From Syncephalis fuscata S228 (taxonomy: Eukaryota; Fungi; Zoopagomycota): 64,000 bases of DNA. Numbering within the stretch: position 1 is the stretch's first letter; each line of letters begins with the position of its first letter. Positions 38,001-51,851 of this stretch are shown in pieces. A program made the position numbers and the translations under genes. The notes beneath the pieces are model-generated. The model saw nothing but the letters and a program-made list of their open reading frames with translations, was not told the origin of the DNA and did no database searches. The stretch lies in contig JAHLTZ010000007.1 in assembly GCA_025786725.1 (NCBI GenBank), positions 744,001 to 808,000 of the forward strand, given 5' to 3'.

Positions 38001-40431
38001 TAATACGTGGCATTTCTATTTTAAATAGTTAGCATTTTAAAAGGGCAAGTTACACTAGTAGTAGCAATATCAACTTACCGCCCAAAAGCGCCAACAGCAT
38101 AGAAGATTTACCGCTGGCGGCAGAGCCTGTGATAACATTAAAGTCACCAATACGGAAGTGGAAGTTTAAATTTGATAATAGGAAATTGGATACTCGTTGA
38201 GGACGCTGTCGACCTCGATTTGGGATAAATGACTGATGTTGTGGCTCCCAAGTAAAATCAGCATGTATAAATCCAATAGGCTCGTCTGAGTCAGCTGTAC
38301 TATCGTTTTTAATAGGCGATTCAGGTAGGTTAAGATAGCTATTGATGTTGTAATAGCTAGCCTGAGACTGAATCTGCCAAAACAAAACAAATGGCAATTG
38401 CAGCACAGCAACTCGTAGCAGTTCAAACACCGACAAAACCGTAAACGCAATTTGCGCGGTTAAAGGTCGAGAAAACACAATGGTATGCATGCCCAATGCA
38501 ACGCACGTAACAAGCAAGGGCCCGCCGTCCAGTGCCATGGTAAGTAGCGTGTAGAGAATATGTCGTCGCCACAAGTGTTTTAGTTCCCGCGTACGCGCCC
38601 TTATGATTCGTGCACAAATATGAGCTTCCCAGGCCAAATATTTTATAACACGGATGGAATAAAGTGTCTAATATAAGGATTAATACAAATATAACTTGAA
38701 AATGACGAGTTTTCTTACTTCGACTATAATAGTAAGACAGTTTTCTGTTGTACTTAAAAGACGTTCAAATACGTGTGTTGTTGTTTTTGTGACAAAATTT
38801 GAAATACCAAAAAAGAATAGCATGGTAGCGAGGCCGGCCAAAGTAGATACGTCGATTAATTGCCATAAGAAAATAATTGCTATTATAATTTGAAGGAGGC
38901 TGCCTACAAAGAGATGTAAACAGCCAAAAGCTTCGCTGACATTTCGCGCATCAACACTAAGTAGATTGTTGACCATATCGACACTCCAGCCCGTAGTTGA
39001 ATATTGGTGCTGATTTTTACTTGTACCATTGGTATGGATATATGATTTATCATTTCTCAAAGCAGCTTCGTTAATCAGTTGAAGTCGTAGGCTTTTCTCG
39101 ATTATCTGATGTGATATAATTGCTTTACTGCGAATTAACAAATGCTGTCCAATAAAATTTCCATGTTGTAGACAAAAGTTGGTGCCTAACATACCCAGGA
39201 ACAATCCTAGTGCGTATAGGCTTGGGATTAAAACAAGATTTTGGGTGCTATATTGTTCAAGATGGCCAGTAGTAGAAATAGAAATAGAGGAACCGAGTAC
39301 ATTTTAATACTCCAAGCAATCGCGTATACCATTTGGTAAAAGATATCCTGACGATTAACAGCAATTAAGCTGGCAAACATAGATAATTTTCTACCAATAG
39401 ATTTGTCAGTAATCATTATATCTTGTAATAAGCCTTACTTTTTTGATTTATAGGATCTAGTTGCCTCCTCCGCTTGAAGGTTTTTTGGAAGCTCCCATAA
39501 ATCTGACGCTTTTAATGCTCGGCAGAATCCCGCCTCCATCAATGGCGTTAACCATCCAAATGTCAGCCATTCAAATGGCGATGCCGACACTTCAAGTGAT
39601 TCCACTCGGCCATTTGCTGCAGATTCAACCGTCTTACGAGACAATAGAGCGCCAAGCATGGTTATGTGCACTCCGACAGTGGCGATAATAAGCATTATCG
39701 GCGTGGCATAATAATAGTGCTTGTGGTGTAGATAATGAATATCAACAATGTTTAAGACAAAAGAGAAATATCCTATAATAATTAAATACATTTGGTGTCT
39801 ACTAATGTACTGCTTAGTACTATTTCCTCTACTCCATGCAGTAGCGGCAGCTAGTAATGTAATATATGTCTAAAGAAATTATAGAAACCATTAAACTGTC
39901 TATCAGTACCACTTACCCAACTTATAAATTCAATCAAAAACAATTGTCCGATTCGATAGGATGTTTTTGGCTGCGAATAATATCTAGATCGCCAGATTAT
40001 ACATCCTTCCGCTGACCATACTATGCAACTGCCTATAAACTTTAAAAGATAAGCAATTGCATTTTGCTTTTTCATTCTATTTCGGATTAGATCGGATGCA
40101 TCTAGAATACGCCGGATAGTATAATTATCTAGCCGATTCGATGACTGTACTGAAAGATGTGCTTGCTTATTAGTGGTACACCATTCGTCGGTAGTGTCTC
40201 TCGTATAGCCATTCAGTTTATGGCATGGACCCTCATCCGGGTCAATCACTGGTACAATAGGTGAATAGACATGGTGACCATTTAGACAGCTGTAAAACCA
40301 CCTTGCACCTAAATACACTGCCGATAGTATCACCGCTAAAAGCTGAATATATCTACCAGTGTGTCTGTAAAATGATTCACCGATTAAAAATATGCTTTTT
40401 ATTGAATAGTCTCTTACACAATGTCCCACAT
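35064..40431 (-). CDS. ABCC (MRP/Ybt1-like) full-size ABC transporter with degenerate nucleotide-binding domains
   Basis: ASPFEWLTFGWLTPL lasso motif, two TMDs, NBD1 (GSAASGKSS, AYVAQ, TIRENILFG) and NBD2 (GESGAGKS, LFSGTIRSNLDP). Start ATG 40431 (MWDIV|HTGRY) across a GT-AG intron. Confidence 0.92.
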
Positions 40432-40518
40432 GTTGCCGGCCTATTTTCCGTATGTTGTGCTGACAATCAAATGCTATGTAAACGTTTGCTTTTCAAAAGT
40501 CCATAACCTCAGCAATAT

Positions 40519-40697
40519 TGACGTTTGTTTAACTAATGATATGTGCGTGCCGAGACTAGCCTAGGCAAACCTTTGTGATCGTGATATGCAAAATAAATAA
40601 CAAAATAACTAGGAAAATACAAGACTTGCGTAGGCATATCATTGCGTCATCCAATGGGCTAACAAGGCGATGGTGCGCTGACGTGGCCCATGACGAA
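40519..40697. promoter_or_regulatory. Cluster of TGACG (ATF/CREB-type bZIP) half-sites and a CCAAT box upstream of the ABCC gene
   Basis: TGACG/CGTCA at ~40519, 40645, 40679 and 40691; CCAAT at 40651. Confidence 0.35.
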
Positions 40698-41058
40698 GTG
40701 AGCTGATCTGTGACTTTGTATTTCCATATTTGGATATTGCAAAAAACAAAATTAAAAGTTGCGATATTTTATATGCAACATCATTGGCTAATCATTGGCT
40801 TTATTAAATTTCTATTGTTGCAGGATATTTATTATAAGCTAAGTATTAAAGGTGTATTTATAGACATAATCGCATTCTTGATTGCCAAAAATTACTTATA
40901 ATCTGAATCTGCAAAAATAAATTTAAACAACTATTTATTATGATGGTAGCGCCGGCGCCAGAAGTCTTTATAAAATTATGCAAGTGAACAACAAATCTGA
41001 CAACCAACTAGCATTACCATTATTGGTGCTGCTTAGTTTAGTAATTGCCATTATTGCT

Positions 41059-42721
41059 TTAGTATCCGCCATTATGACCATACTTTTGACCATTATTATA
41101 GCCGTGCTCATTATTTTTGCGCTCATCTTTATGATCATCCTTGTCTTCGTTTGAATGACCTTTTTTGTGCATGTGCTTAATTGAAGACTTATGCTTTCCG
41201 TATGGATTTTTTGAGGAATCGCTTGTGCAGGGAGTAGAGCTTGGTGTAGGCGCTGAAGTGGCAGTTGGGGCTGGAGCCGGAGTAGTGTAGATATCACCAC
41301 CAGCATTATCAGTACCAGTTGATGGAACTGGAGCTGGCGCAGGAGTACCATAGCTGTTACCGCCAGCATTGTCAGTACCAGTTGATGGGCTGGAGTAGTG
41401 GAAGTATTGCCACCAGCATTGTCAGTACCAGTTGATGGAACTGGAGCTGGCGCTGGAGTACCATAGCTGTTACCGCCAGCATTGTCAGTACCAGTTGATG
41501 GGGCTGGAGTAGTGGAGGTATTGCCACCAGCATTGTCAGTACCAGTTGATGGAACTGGAGCTGGAGCTGGAGTACCATAGCTGCCACCACTAGATTATCA
41601 GTACCAGTTGATGGGGCTGGAGTAGTGGAAGTATTGCCACCAGCATTGTCAGTACCAGTTGATGGAACTGGAGCTGGCGCTGGAGTACCATAGCTGTTAC
41701 CGCCAGCATTATCAGTGCCAGTTGATGGGGCTGGAGCTGGAGTACCATAGCTGTTACCGCCAGCATTGTCAGTACCAGTTGATGGGGCTGGAGTAGTGGA
41801 GGTATCACACCGCATTATCAGTACCAGTTGATGGAACTGGAGCTGGCGCTGGAGTACCATAGCTGTTACCGCCAGCATTGTCAGTACCAGTTGATGGGGC
41901 TGGAGTAGTGGAGTATCCACCGGCATTATTAGTACCAGTTGATGGAACTGGAGCTGGGCTGGAGTACCATAGGTGTTACCGCCAGCATTGTCAGTACAGT
42001 TGATCTGGAGTACCATAGTTACCGCAGTGCCAGTTGATGGGGCTGGAGTAGTGGAGGTATTGCCACCAGCATTATCAGTACCAGTTGATGGAACTGGAGC
42101 TGGCGCTGGAGTACCATAGCTGCCACCACCAACATTATCAGTACCAGTTGATGGGGCTGGAGTAGTGGAAGTATTGCCACCAACATTATCAGTACCAGTT
42201 GATGGGGCTGGAGTAGTGGAAGTATTGCCACCAGCATTGTCAGTACCAGTTGATGGAACTGGAGCTGGCGCTGGAGTACCATAGCTGTTACCGCCAGCAT
42301 TATCAGTGCCAGTTGATGGGGCTGGAGTAGTGGAGTATGCCACCAGCATTATCAGTACCAGTTGATGGAACTGGAGCTGGCGCTGGAGTACTATAGCTGT
42401 TACCGCCAGCATTATCAGTGCCAGTTGATGGGGCTGGAGTAGTGGAGGTATTGCCACCAGCATTTCAGTACCAGTTGATGGAACTGGAGCTGGAGTACCA
42501 TAGCCACTATTAGTACTTGGTGCTGCTCCAGCATCTGGTGTGGTAGGAGCTGGGGTAGTGCCATAACCGTTATTGGATGATGGGGCATTGCCAGATGGTG
42601 CTGGTGAATTTCCGTATCTTGTGCTATAGTGGCGTTTGGTCAAATAGCTTGGCATCGCTTCGGTAGTAGCGAGGACAGCAGCCAAAGTGGCCAACAATAA
42701 GATAGTTTTATTGAATTGCAT
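41059..42721 (-). CDS. Secreted Pro/Thr/Gly/Ser-rich tandem-repeat protein with His/Lys-rich tail
   Basis: Signal peptide MQFNKTILLLATLAAVLATTEA, then MPSYLTKR, repeats STGTDNAGGNSYGTPAPAPVP and STGTDNAGGNTSTTPAP, and tail KHKSSIKHMHKKGH...GQKYGHNGGY*. Several indels lie within the array. Confidence 0.85.
41265..42500 (-). repeat. Coding minisatellite of ~22 units (63-nt and 51-nt types, mostly alternating)
   Basis: About 22 copies of the core cagtaccagttgatgg counted by eye. Confidence 0.95.
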
Positions 42722-43764
42722 GGTTGTTAATGTTGTTTAAACTACAAAGTAAGCGAACGAATAAATGTTTGACAAAGTGCTGCACAGCAACAGTATGTTC
42801 AAAGTACAATAAAATGTGTGTTAATGAAAGTGTTTGACTACAAACGAAAGTGTGATGTTGATGATGATAGATGTGAATTGCCTATCGAACATACTGAATT
42901 TATAGGTAAAATTTCAAAATGTTGCTTGTAGTATGGACCTTTGGAATGGCTATTTCGCATGGGCATGCTGCATAGTTGTCACGTTGATCTACACATGATG
43001 CTCAAAACATTCTTGAGTTGTTGCATCATTGTAACACGGGCCTTGCCGTGCTAGCGACAATACCTGAAACAATCAGCCTTTTCAAGGATTTGCAAAAATG
43101 ACCCCTGTCAAGAAAATATGCGTTATTGTTAGAGGTTGGTTTTAGTTAGTAACTCAGTATAATTTGCAGCACGGTCTTTAAAATTACAGTGTCATTTCTA
43201 GTTTTTTATTGCTATTACCGAATATGGTAGTGTAAATCATCTAGCTATTTACACACTTAAGCTTTAACTGTGTATATTTTCTTCTACATTTAAGCACACG
43301 CATGTTTAATGATCGTTGCATTTAATTGATTATGTATTATTATTATTCACTGTATACACTATTCAAATTGACCACCATATAGCATCTTTGCCATACACTT
43401 TTCCAAAGGTCGGATCATATCTTGGCTCCTACACCGATGCACAAAAAGATCGTATCCATACACGGAGTAAACAACATGTTTTAGATTAACAGCGTACATC
43501 CGAATAAGCTTATTGAACAAGCATTAGCTGCTTAAGTGACTGCAAACTGTTATCCGATTTTAACAACTATAGCATAGCCTATTTTTACACACATACACAA
43601 TGCTAAGAAAGTAAGAAACGACGTCGTTGTTTCTCATTCTTCTGCATCCTCAAACCACCCATGCATTATCAACATGCATGTACGCATGCACAGCTTGACT
43701 GCGTGTTTATTTCGTTTCTTCTATTGTGCTATTTATGTATGTAGTTCCACGCGAATCAAGACAT

Positions 43765-44419
43765 ATGGATTTTATTTTTCCAGGCGAGTTTGGCAGTATA
43801 CGCGCCAACACAGAAACATTACCAGATGCTAGCGATGATGAATTCCAGGCAAGTCTAAACATAATTGCTAGCAACTGCCAGTGTCAAGATATCCAGTACA
43901 TACTAATTTGATGTTGGTAAACGTTCATATATAGATGGAGCCTTTGCGTATTTCACTTGTGCAGTTTCCACAGCATTTGCTGACTGGTCTACAAGAAATT
44001 GTAGCCACCTACCGTGCACGTGTACAGTTTGAACAGCCTGAATGGTCACAGCCCAATAGTACATTGGCCACCATGCGTATGGATGCCGATACCATGATCT
44101 ATCCTATGACGATGGACACTAAGTTTAAAACTGACACAGAAATGGCGCCAGCAGCACCAACTACACATGCGTTATGGCGCGTAGCGTTTAGGCATGATTC
44201 AAGTCTTGGCTCAGGACTAGTATGTCGATGCAACAACTTTGCCAATGAACGAGGCAAAGAAATCATACTTGCCTATGGACAGATTGTTCAAGCTTTTCGT
44301 GGATTAGGCCGCTTAATGACGGCAGCCGAGGCAGCGGCACGTCCCAACTTTAATGCTGAATCATAGTTGAATTTTGATGAACACCTTCAGTTCGATACAC
44401 TGTGCTTTATGCTGGAGTG
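43765..44419 (+). pseudogene. Truncated 5' duplicate of the downstream GH20 gene
   Basis: Essentially identical to 45595-46249 except CAG>TAG at 44364; homology stops abruptly at 44419, before the catalytic domain. Confidence 0.88.
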
Positions 44420-44699
44420 TTGTAATAACTAAACTTGAAATAGAAGGGAAAATACTATATTTTTATTTAATTAGAACTAATGCAATATATAAAGTAAAAT
44501 TGGCTACATTCAATCTAACTACAACCACACTATTCATTTAATAATATTTAATATATCGAATATGAAATTGAATGGTGAATAATATTAAAGTATAAAATAC
44601 TCATCATCGTAGATTTATTATTTAGTATGTATATTCAATATGCGCATATTAATCTCATTGTATACTCATACTATTATATATTATATTGCTGGAAAACTA

Positions 44700-45385
44700 T
44701 CAGTACATACTGACTGTGGTGGCTATATACTGCCAAAATAGCTTTATACTTTGTTTTGCTATAGATTGCAACTGTAGATCGTTTTGGTAATAGCTTATAC
44801 AGTCTCGACAATAACAGATCGTACTGCCACTGTTAAGATTGCAAAGTTACTACTAGATAAATTGTAATAATGGTGCGTAGGAAAAATAAAACATATAACG
44901 AAATTTAACAACATATACTCAAAATAACATACAAATAAGCCCGAAATGGATTTACTATACCAATACAAGTGCCAATACTAATGATCAAAGTAATGAAAGC
45001 GATTTGTAAAAAAGATAAGATTACAAAAAAGCAATGCAAAAATACAGTATAGAAGGTGCTTGTACCTAACTAATAGCCAGCCAACTGCTGACACTATCTA
45101 ATTAGTATATATAGAGTGTACAAGTATATGCTATGGATATATGTTATCAAGTGTGAAGAAAGAGAAAGGGAAATGTGATGACGTAGATTGTATGCTATGT
45201 TGTTAATATGAGTGAATTAAAATGATATTAAAAAATACGTCATTTGAAACAAAAACTACTCATTATCATAAAACGTGTTGTCCGTAAATAGCGAGTATAA
45301 TAATATAATTAATAGCAATGAATGAAAATCAATCCACCAAAGTAAAAGTATAATCATGGGACATGTTATTAATGCAATAGCGAAT
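44700..45385 (+). mobile_element. Dispersed non-coding repeat, copy A (putative decayed non-autonomous element)
   Basis: Reverse-complement similarity to 57435-58055; the best-conserved core is tgtacaagtatatgctatggatatatg..atcaagtgtgaagaaagagaaaggg.aatg.gatgacgtagattgt. No TIR, TSD or ORF is evident. Confidence 0.6.
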
Positions 45386-45594
45386 ATATTGGAAATTAAA
45401 AGGATGAATAAAGACACGTCATTATTACCCACACTCACGCACAACACTTAAGAAAGTAACATTGTTTCTCATTCTTCTGCATCCTTAGCGCATGCACTAT
45501 TAATACGCTACGTACACATATAGTCTGATTGCGTATTTACTTCTCTTCTTCTACCGTGTTATTTCTATCTTTAATTCCACGCGAATCAAATAAT

Positions 45595-48287
45595 ATGGAT
45601 TTTATTTTTCCAGGCGAGTTTGGCAGTATACGCGCCAACACAGAAACATTACCAGATGCTAGCGATGATGAATTCCAGGCAAGTCTAAACATAATTGCTA
45701 GCAACTGCCAGTGTCAAGATATCCAGTACATACTAATTTGATGTTGGTAAACGTTCATATATAGATGGAGCCTTTGCGTATTTCACTTGTGCAGTTTCCA
45801 CAGCATTTGCTGACTGGTCTACAAGAAATTGTAGCCACCTACCGTGCACGTGTACAGTTTGAACAGCCTGAATGGTCACAGCCCAATAGTACATTGGCCA
45901 CCATGCGTATGGATGCCGATACCATGATCTATCCTATGACGATGGACACTAAGTTTAAAACTGACACAGAAATGGCGCCAGCAGCACCAACTACACATGC
46001 GTTATGGCGCGTAGCGTTTAGGCATGATTCAAGTCTTGGCTCAGGACTAGTATGTCGATGCAACAACTTTGCCAATGAACGAGGCAAAGAAATCATACTT
46101 GCCTATGGACAGATTGTTCAAGCTTTTCGTGGATTAGGCCGCTTAATGACGGCAGCCGAGGCAGCGGCACGTCCCAACTTTAATGCTGAATCACAGTTGA
46201 ATTTTGATGAACACCTTCAGTTCGATACACTGTGCTTTATGCTGGAGTGCAGTCGTAATGCAGTTATGCGATTAGAAAATCTGAAGCAACTACTGCGTAT
46301 CAGTGCACTTCTTGGTCTTAACTCGATTATGCTGTATACCGAGGACACTTACCAAGTAATTAAATCGTGCGTTTTAATGCATCCAAAAATAACAAGCATA
46401 TTTATATGAGCAGATACCCGACGAGCCATTCTTTGGCTATCTACGTGGACCGTACACACCTTCGGATCTACAGCAGTTCCATGCATATGCCACACAATTT
46501 GGCATTGAAGTTATTCCGTGTATCCAGACGCTAGGCCATCTGGGACAGATTCTTCAATGGCCTCGATTTGCTTCACTTCGAGATACGTCCGAAGTCATTT
46601 TGGCTCATGCAAACGAGACGTATGCCCTTATTGACAAAATGATTACAACTGCTTCTGCAAGCGGCCCCACTCGACGTATTCACATTGGTATGGATGAAGT
46701 AAGTTGCTAGCTAGGACGGTTGTTGTATTGTATATTTCAGTGCTGTATTAATTAAGCATCCGTATGTTACTTTTAATAGTCTATTGGTGTAGGTGAAGGC
46801 CGTCATCGACTATTGTTTGGCGACATGGATCCAAAGCGTATTTTTGCCGATCATTTGGAACGTGTGACTGAAATATGCGTATCCAAAGGCATGGCGCCAT
46901 TAATTTGGTCGGATATGTTATTTACACTTGCTACGCCACAAACGTCAAATCCACTAGCAGGAGCGCCTAGTGGTGATGAAGTCTATTCAGCAGCAGAAGA
47001 TGCTATTCTTAAGTCTGGTCAAGTAGCACATACACCTACTATTCCCAACAATGTTCAATTAGTCTATTGGGACTATTATCACACTAATACTGATGACTAT
47101 CGTCGTCGTATTCAAGAGCACCGTGGCCTTAGCAATGGCCGTGTGCCATGGGTGGCTACTGGTATATGGAACTGGAATCGACTGTGGACGTCGCTTGACT
47201 TTACCATGAAAAGCATAGATGCTTGTATGTCAGCATGTCGGATGGAAGGCGTTCGTGATGTTATTGTCACTACATGGGGTGATGATGGCAATGAATGTGA
47301 TACGTAAGTTACTAAAGCAGTACAATATAGCTGCAATTCTAATATTGATTTACAACAGATTGGCCATTTTGCCTGGCCTGCATTATTTTGCAGAACAAGG
47401 CTATAGCAACACAAGTCAAATTGATATGAAGAGGCTAAAGAACGGCTTTTCAGCCATATCAGGCGGTTCGTTTGATGACTGGCTAGAGGCTAGCAAAGTA
47501 AGTACTTGATTATACTAAACTGCAATATACTAATTGAATACCTTCTTTGTTACTTGCAAGTTGGATCAACTGGAACTGACGTCAAATGATCAAGAGAAGA
47601 TTGGAGGTGCGCAGAACCCAGGTAATATGGGCAAATGGCTACTATGGGAGGATCCGATTTACAGGTAAGTAGTTAGTCCTATTCATATACAATGACATTA
47701 GCGTACTAATATATACATACATAATAATATTTAGTATGTATTCACCACAACACGAAATGCTTAACCTATCGGATCACTATCGACGATTGGCAGATCGATT
47801 GGGCTATGTGTCGAAACGATCCAAATATCCATCGAATTCACGTCTTGCATTCCCTGCGGCAATTGCGCGCGTGCTTCGTTACAAGGTAGATATACGCCGT
47901 CGTCTAGTAGAAGCATACCAGCAAGCTTTGCATAATCCGGGCCACGGTCGAGCACAACTAATGACGGTTATAGAGTCACGGCTACGCCCACTACGACATG
48001 CCGTTGACCAGCTATGGCGCTATCATCGCACAATGTGGCATGAGTTAAACCGTGCATTTGGATTTGAAGTAATGGAGCTGCGATATGGAACGCTGCGCAC
48101 TCGATTAGAAAGTCTTGAAGAGCGGCTAATGCAGTATATTCAAGCTGGTGCCGGCCAGTGTGCACCAAGTTTGCGGATAGAAGAGCTAGAGGTACCGCTT
48201 GAACAGATATATGGTGGTCCAGTTAAACACGTATCGCTGTACTATTCTAAACTTGTTTCTCCAAGTCGAAACTTGGGTACTGGCTAA
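45595..48287 (+). CDS. GH20 beta-N-acetylhexosaminidase, GcnA/HexD-like, no signal peptide
   Basis: MLECSRNAVM, LYTEDTY, PFFGYLRGPY, IPCIQTLGHL, catalytic IHIGMDE, IWSDM, VYWDYY, TTWGDDG and FGFEVMELRYG; six introns, the first GC-AG (45679-45764). Confidence 0.92.
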
Positions 48288-48394
48288 TAGACCAACGTAT
48301 ATCTTACAGTTTAATAAATTATAGTAAACTTAAAAATAGTTGACAAGCTAATGTTTTTATTTAATATATATCGACAAACTAACAATGGCTATAG

Positions 48395-49850
<1,456 letters not shown>

Positions 49851-49975
49851 TCTATATTGATTAGTTTCTTTTTGTAAATAGGACAAAGTAAAAATAAACT
49901 ATCTACGTTGACGGTTATTCACTCGTAAATAAAATAAAAGCAAATAAAAATATTGATAAAGTAATTGTTCTTTAA

Positions 49976-51851
49976 TTAATGAGCCGAGGCCATCAATGCT
50001 TCAATTTCATTAATTTCTTTGGGCACTTTAGTCAAATTTTCATGGCCATCGGCTGTCACCACAACACAGTCCTCGATACGAACACCGCCTACTGGACGGA
50101 AACAGGCCACTACTTCAGGATTCAAGTAGCACGCTTTCTTTGGATCCTCTAATTAAATAGCAAATACGTTAATCAGCTGCTATAATAAATTGAAACTACT
50201 AGTACTAACCAAGTGCCTCATCCAAAAGCGTATCAACAAAATAGCAGCCTGGTTCAACGGTGACCACCATGCCTTCTTCAAGCTTACGACGCATGCGCAA
50301 ATAGCGGAGACCCGGCTCAGGAATACGAGGCACGCCCTAAACAAGCATTGATATTGTTAAGCTATTAGTAGTCATTGCAATAAAATTAAAATTACCTTTG
50401 GATAGCCACCAACATCATGAACATCAAGCCCAATTAAATGACCAAGTCCGTGTGGGAAAAAGACGGCACCCATATGCTGTTCAACCAATTCGTCGACTGA
50501 TCCCTTTAAGATACGTGCTGCTACTAGACCTTCTACGCAGATACGGTTGGCCAATCGATGAAGATCTTCCCAGTTGACACCAGGCTTGATCTTTTCAAGA
50601 ACAGCCTACAAATCATATGTCGTAATAATTAATAATTAATAATTAGTTAATCATTAAACTAATATTGCATAGCCAGTTACCTTTTGCATACTAAGCACAA
50701 TTTCATAAAGAATACGAGCTTCACCGGTAAATTTGCCACCAACAGGCCAGGTACGTGTAATATCAGCGGCATAGCAGTTGTATTCACCACCAGCATCAAT
50801 CAACACTAGTTCATTTGGCTGCTGTGGAAGTGTAGCATTGTTAAGGCCATAATGAAGCACTGCCGAGTTCTTTCCACCACCGACAATTGAGTGGTAGGCC
50901 AGCTGGTTACATCTGATTCATTAAAGAATCAGTATTTGGTATTGACTAATAAATATCAATATTGTACTATTTGTATTGCACTTACCCCTGGCGTGTTACC
51001 TCGTAGGTAAAAAGTGCGTCCAATTCACGCTCGCTACCACCCACACGGGCATGCTGCATCAGCTTGACATGAGCATCACTGCTAATCTGATTAGCCGTAC
51101 GCATCAACGCCAGTTCATGTGTATCTTTAATCATACGGGCAGCAGTCAGTCCATCAGCCAACACTTCAGTGTTAACCGTCAATTTCTGTGGCCAATGGGG
51201 ACCAAGTGCTGTTAGCTTTTGGTGTGGTAGCGCTAGCAGTGTCTTGGGCTTCCAGTGGTCAAGTATAGCCGGTATTTCATCGGCATAGCGGATCTCTTCG
51301 GCATCGTAGCGGCTAGCTAGCTCATTGATACTTGGAGGCTGACCATGCCACACAACTTCATCGGCTGGCATGCGAGTAGGCAACAGAATAAGCCGCTCAT
51401 GGCCTAGATGGTAAAGCAAGTGGAACTCGGGCAGCTCCACGCCGGATAAATAGTAAAAGTTGGATTCTTGTCGGAAATGCTGCTCGGTATCGGTGTCGTG
51501 GCGGCAACTAGGACAGTCGCCGTGTAGATAGATAACGGTATCTTCACGGGAAACACCGGCAGCAACAAGCGCTGAGGCAACTTTGGCAGCGTGTGCTCTG
51601 GCAGGATATTTACCAACGGCAGACATGGTGGTGGAATAAAACAGGCGCTGTGAGGATTGAAAGCACGGATAGTAAAGTCGTTTTAATGGTTTAAAGGAGC
51701 GTAGAGACGCAATAGACACAATGTTGGAGTTTGTGGTAATAGTAGTAGTAGTAGTTATAGAGATGGCTCTTGAAGAAGCTTTAACAAATGAACCAAGGCG
51801 GCAAACGTTCGAACGATAAAGAAAGGCGGTAGTGACGTGGTGACGAAACAT
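49976..51851 (-). CDS. PEPD: Xaa-Pro dipeptidase/aminopeptidase (prolidase, M24B)
   Basis: [53 protein letters not shown] and GGVRIED; three introns. Confidence 0.92.

Noticed and set aside
40968-42300. ORFs reading LQFHQLVLIMLVAIPPLLQPHQ repeats
   Set aside because: Shifted-frame translation of the STGTDNAGG minisatellite, entered through indels; not a separate protein.
41265-42500. Regular repeat array resembling CRISPR
   Set aside because: The sequence between repeats is itself repeated and codon-phased, there are no unique spacers or cas genes, and the context is eukaryotic.
44418-45446. TGTTGT...ACAACA ends suggesting a solo LTR between the GH20 copies
   Set aside because: No target-site duplication, and the ACAACA end lies inside sequence homologous to the 5' flank of the other GH20 copy.
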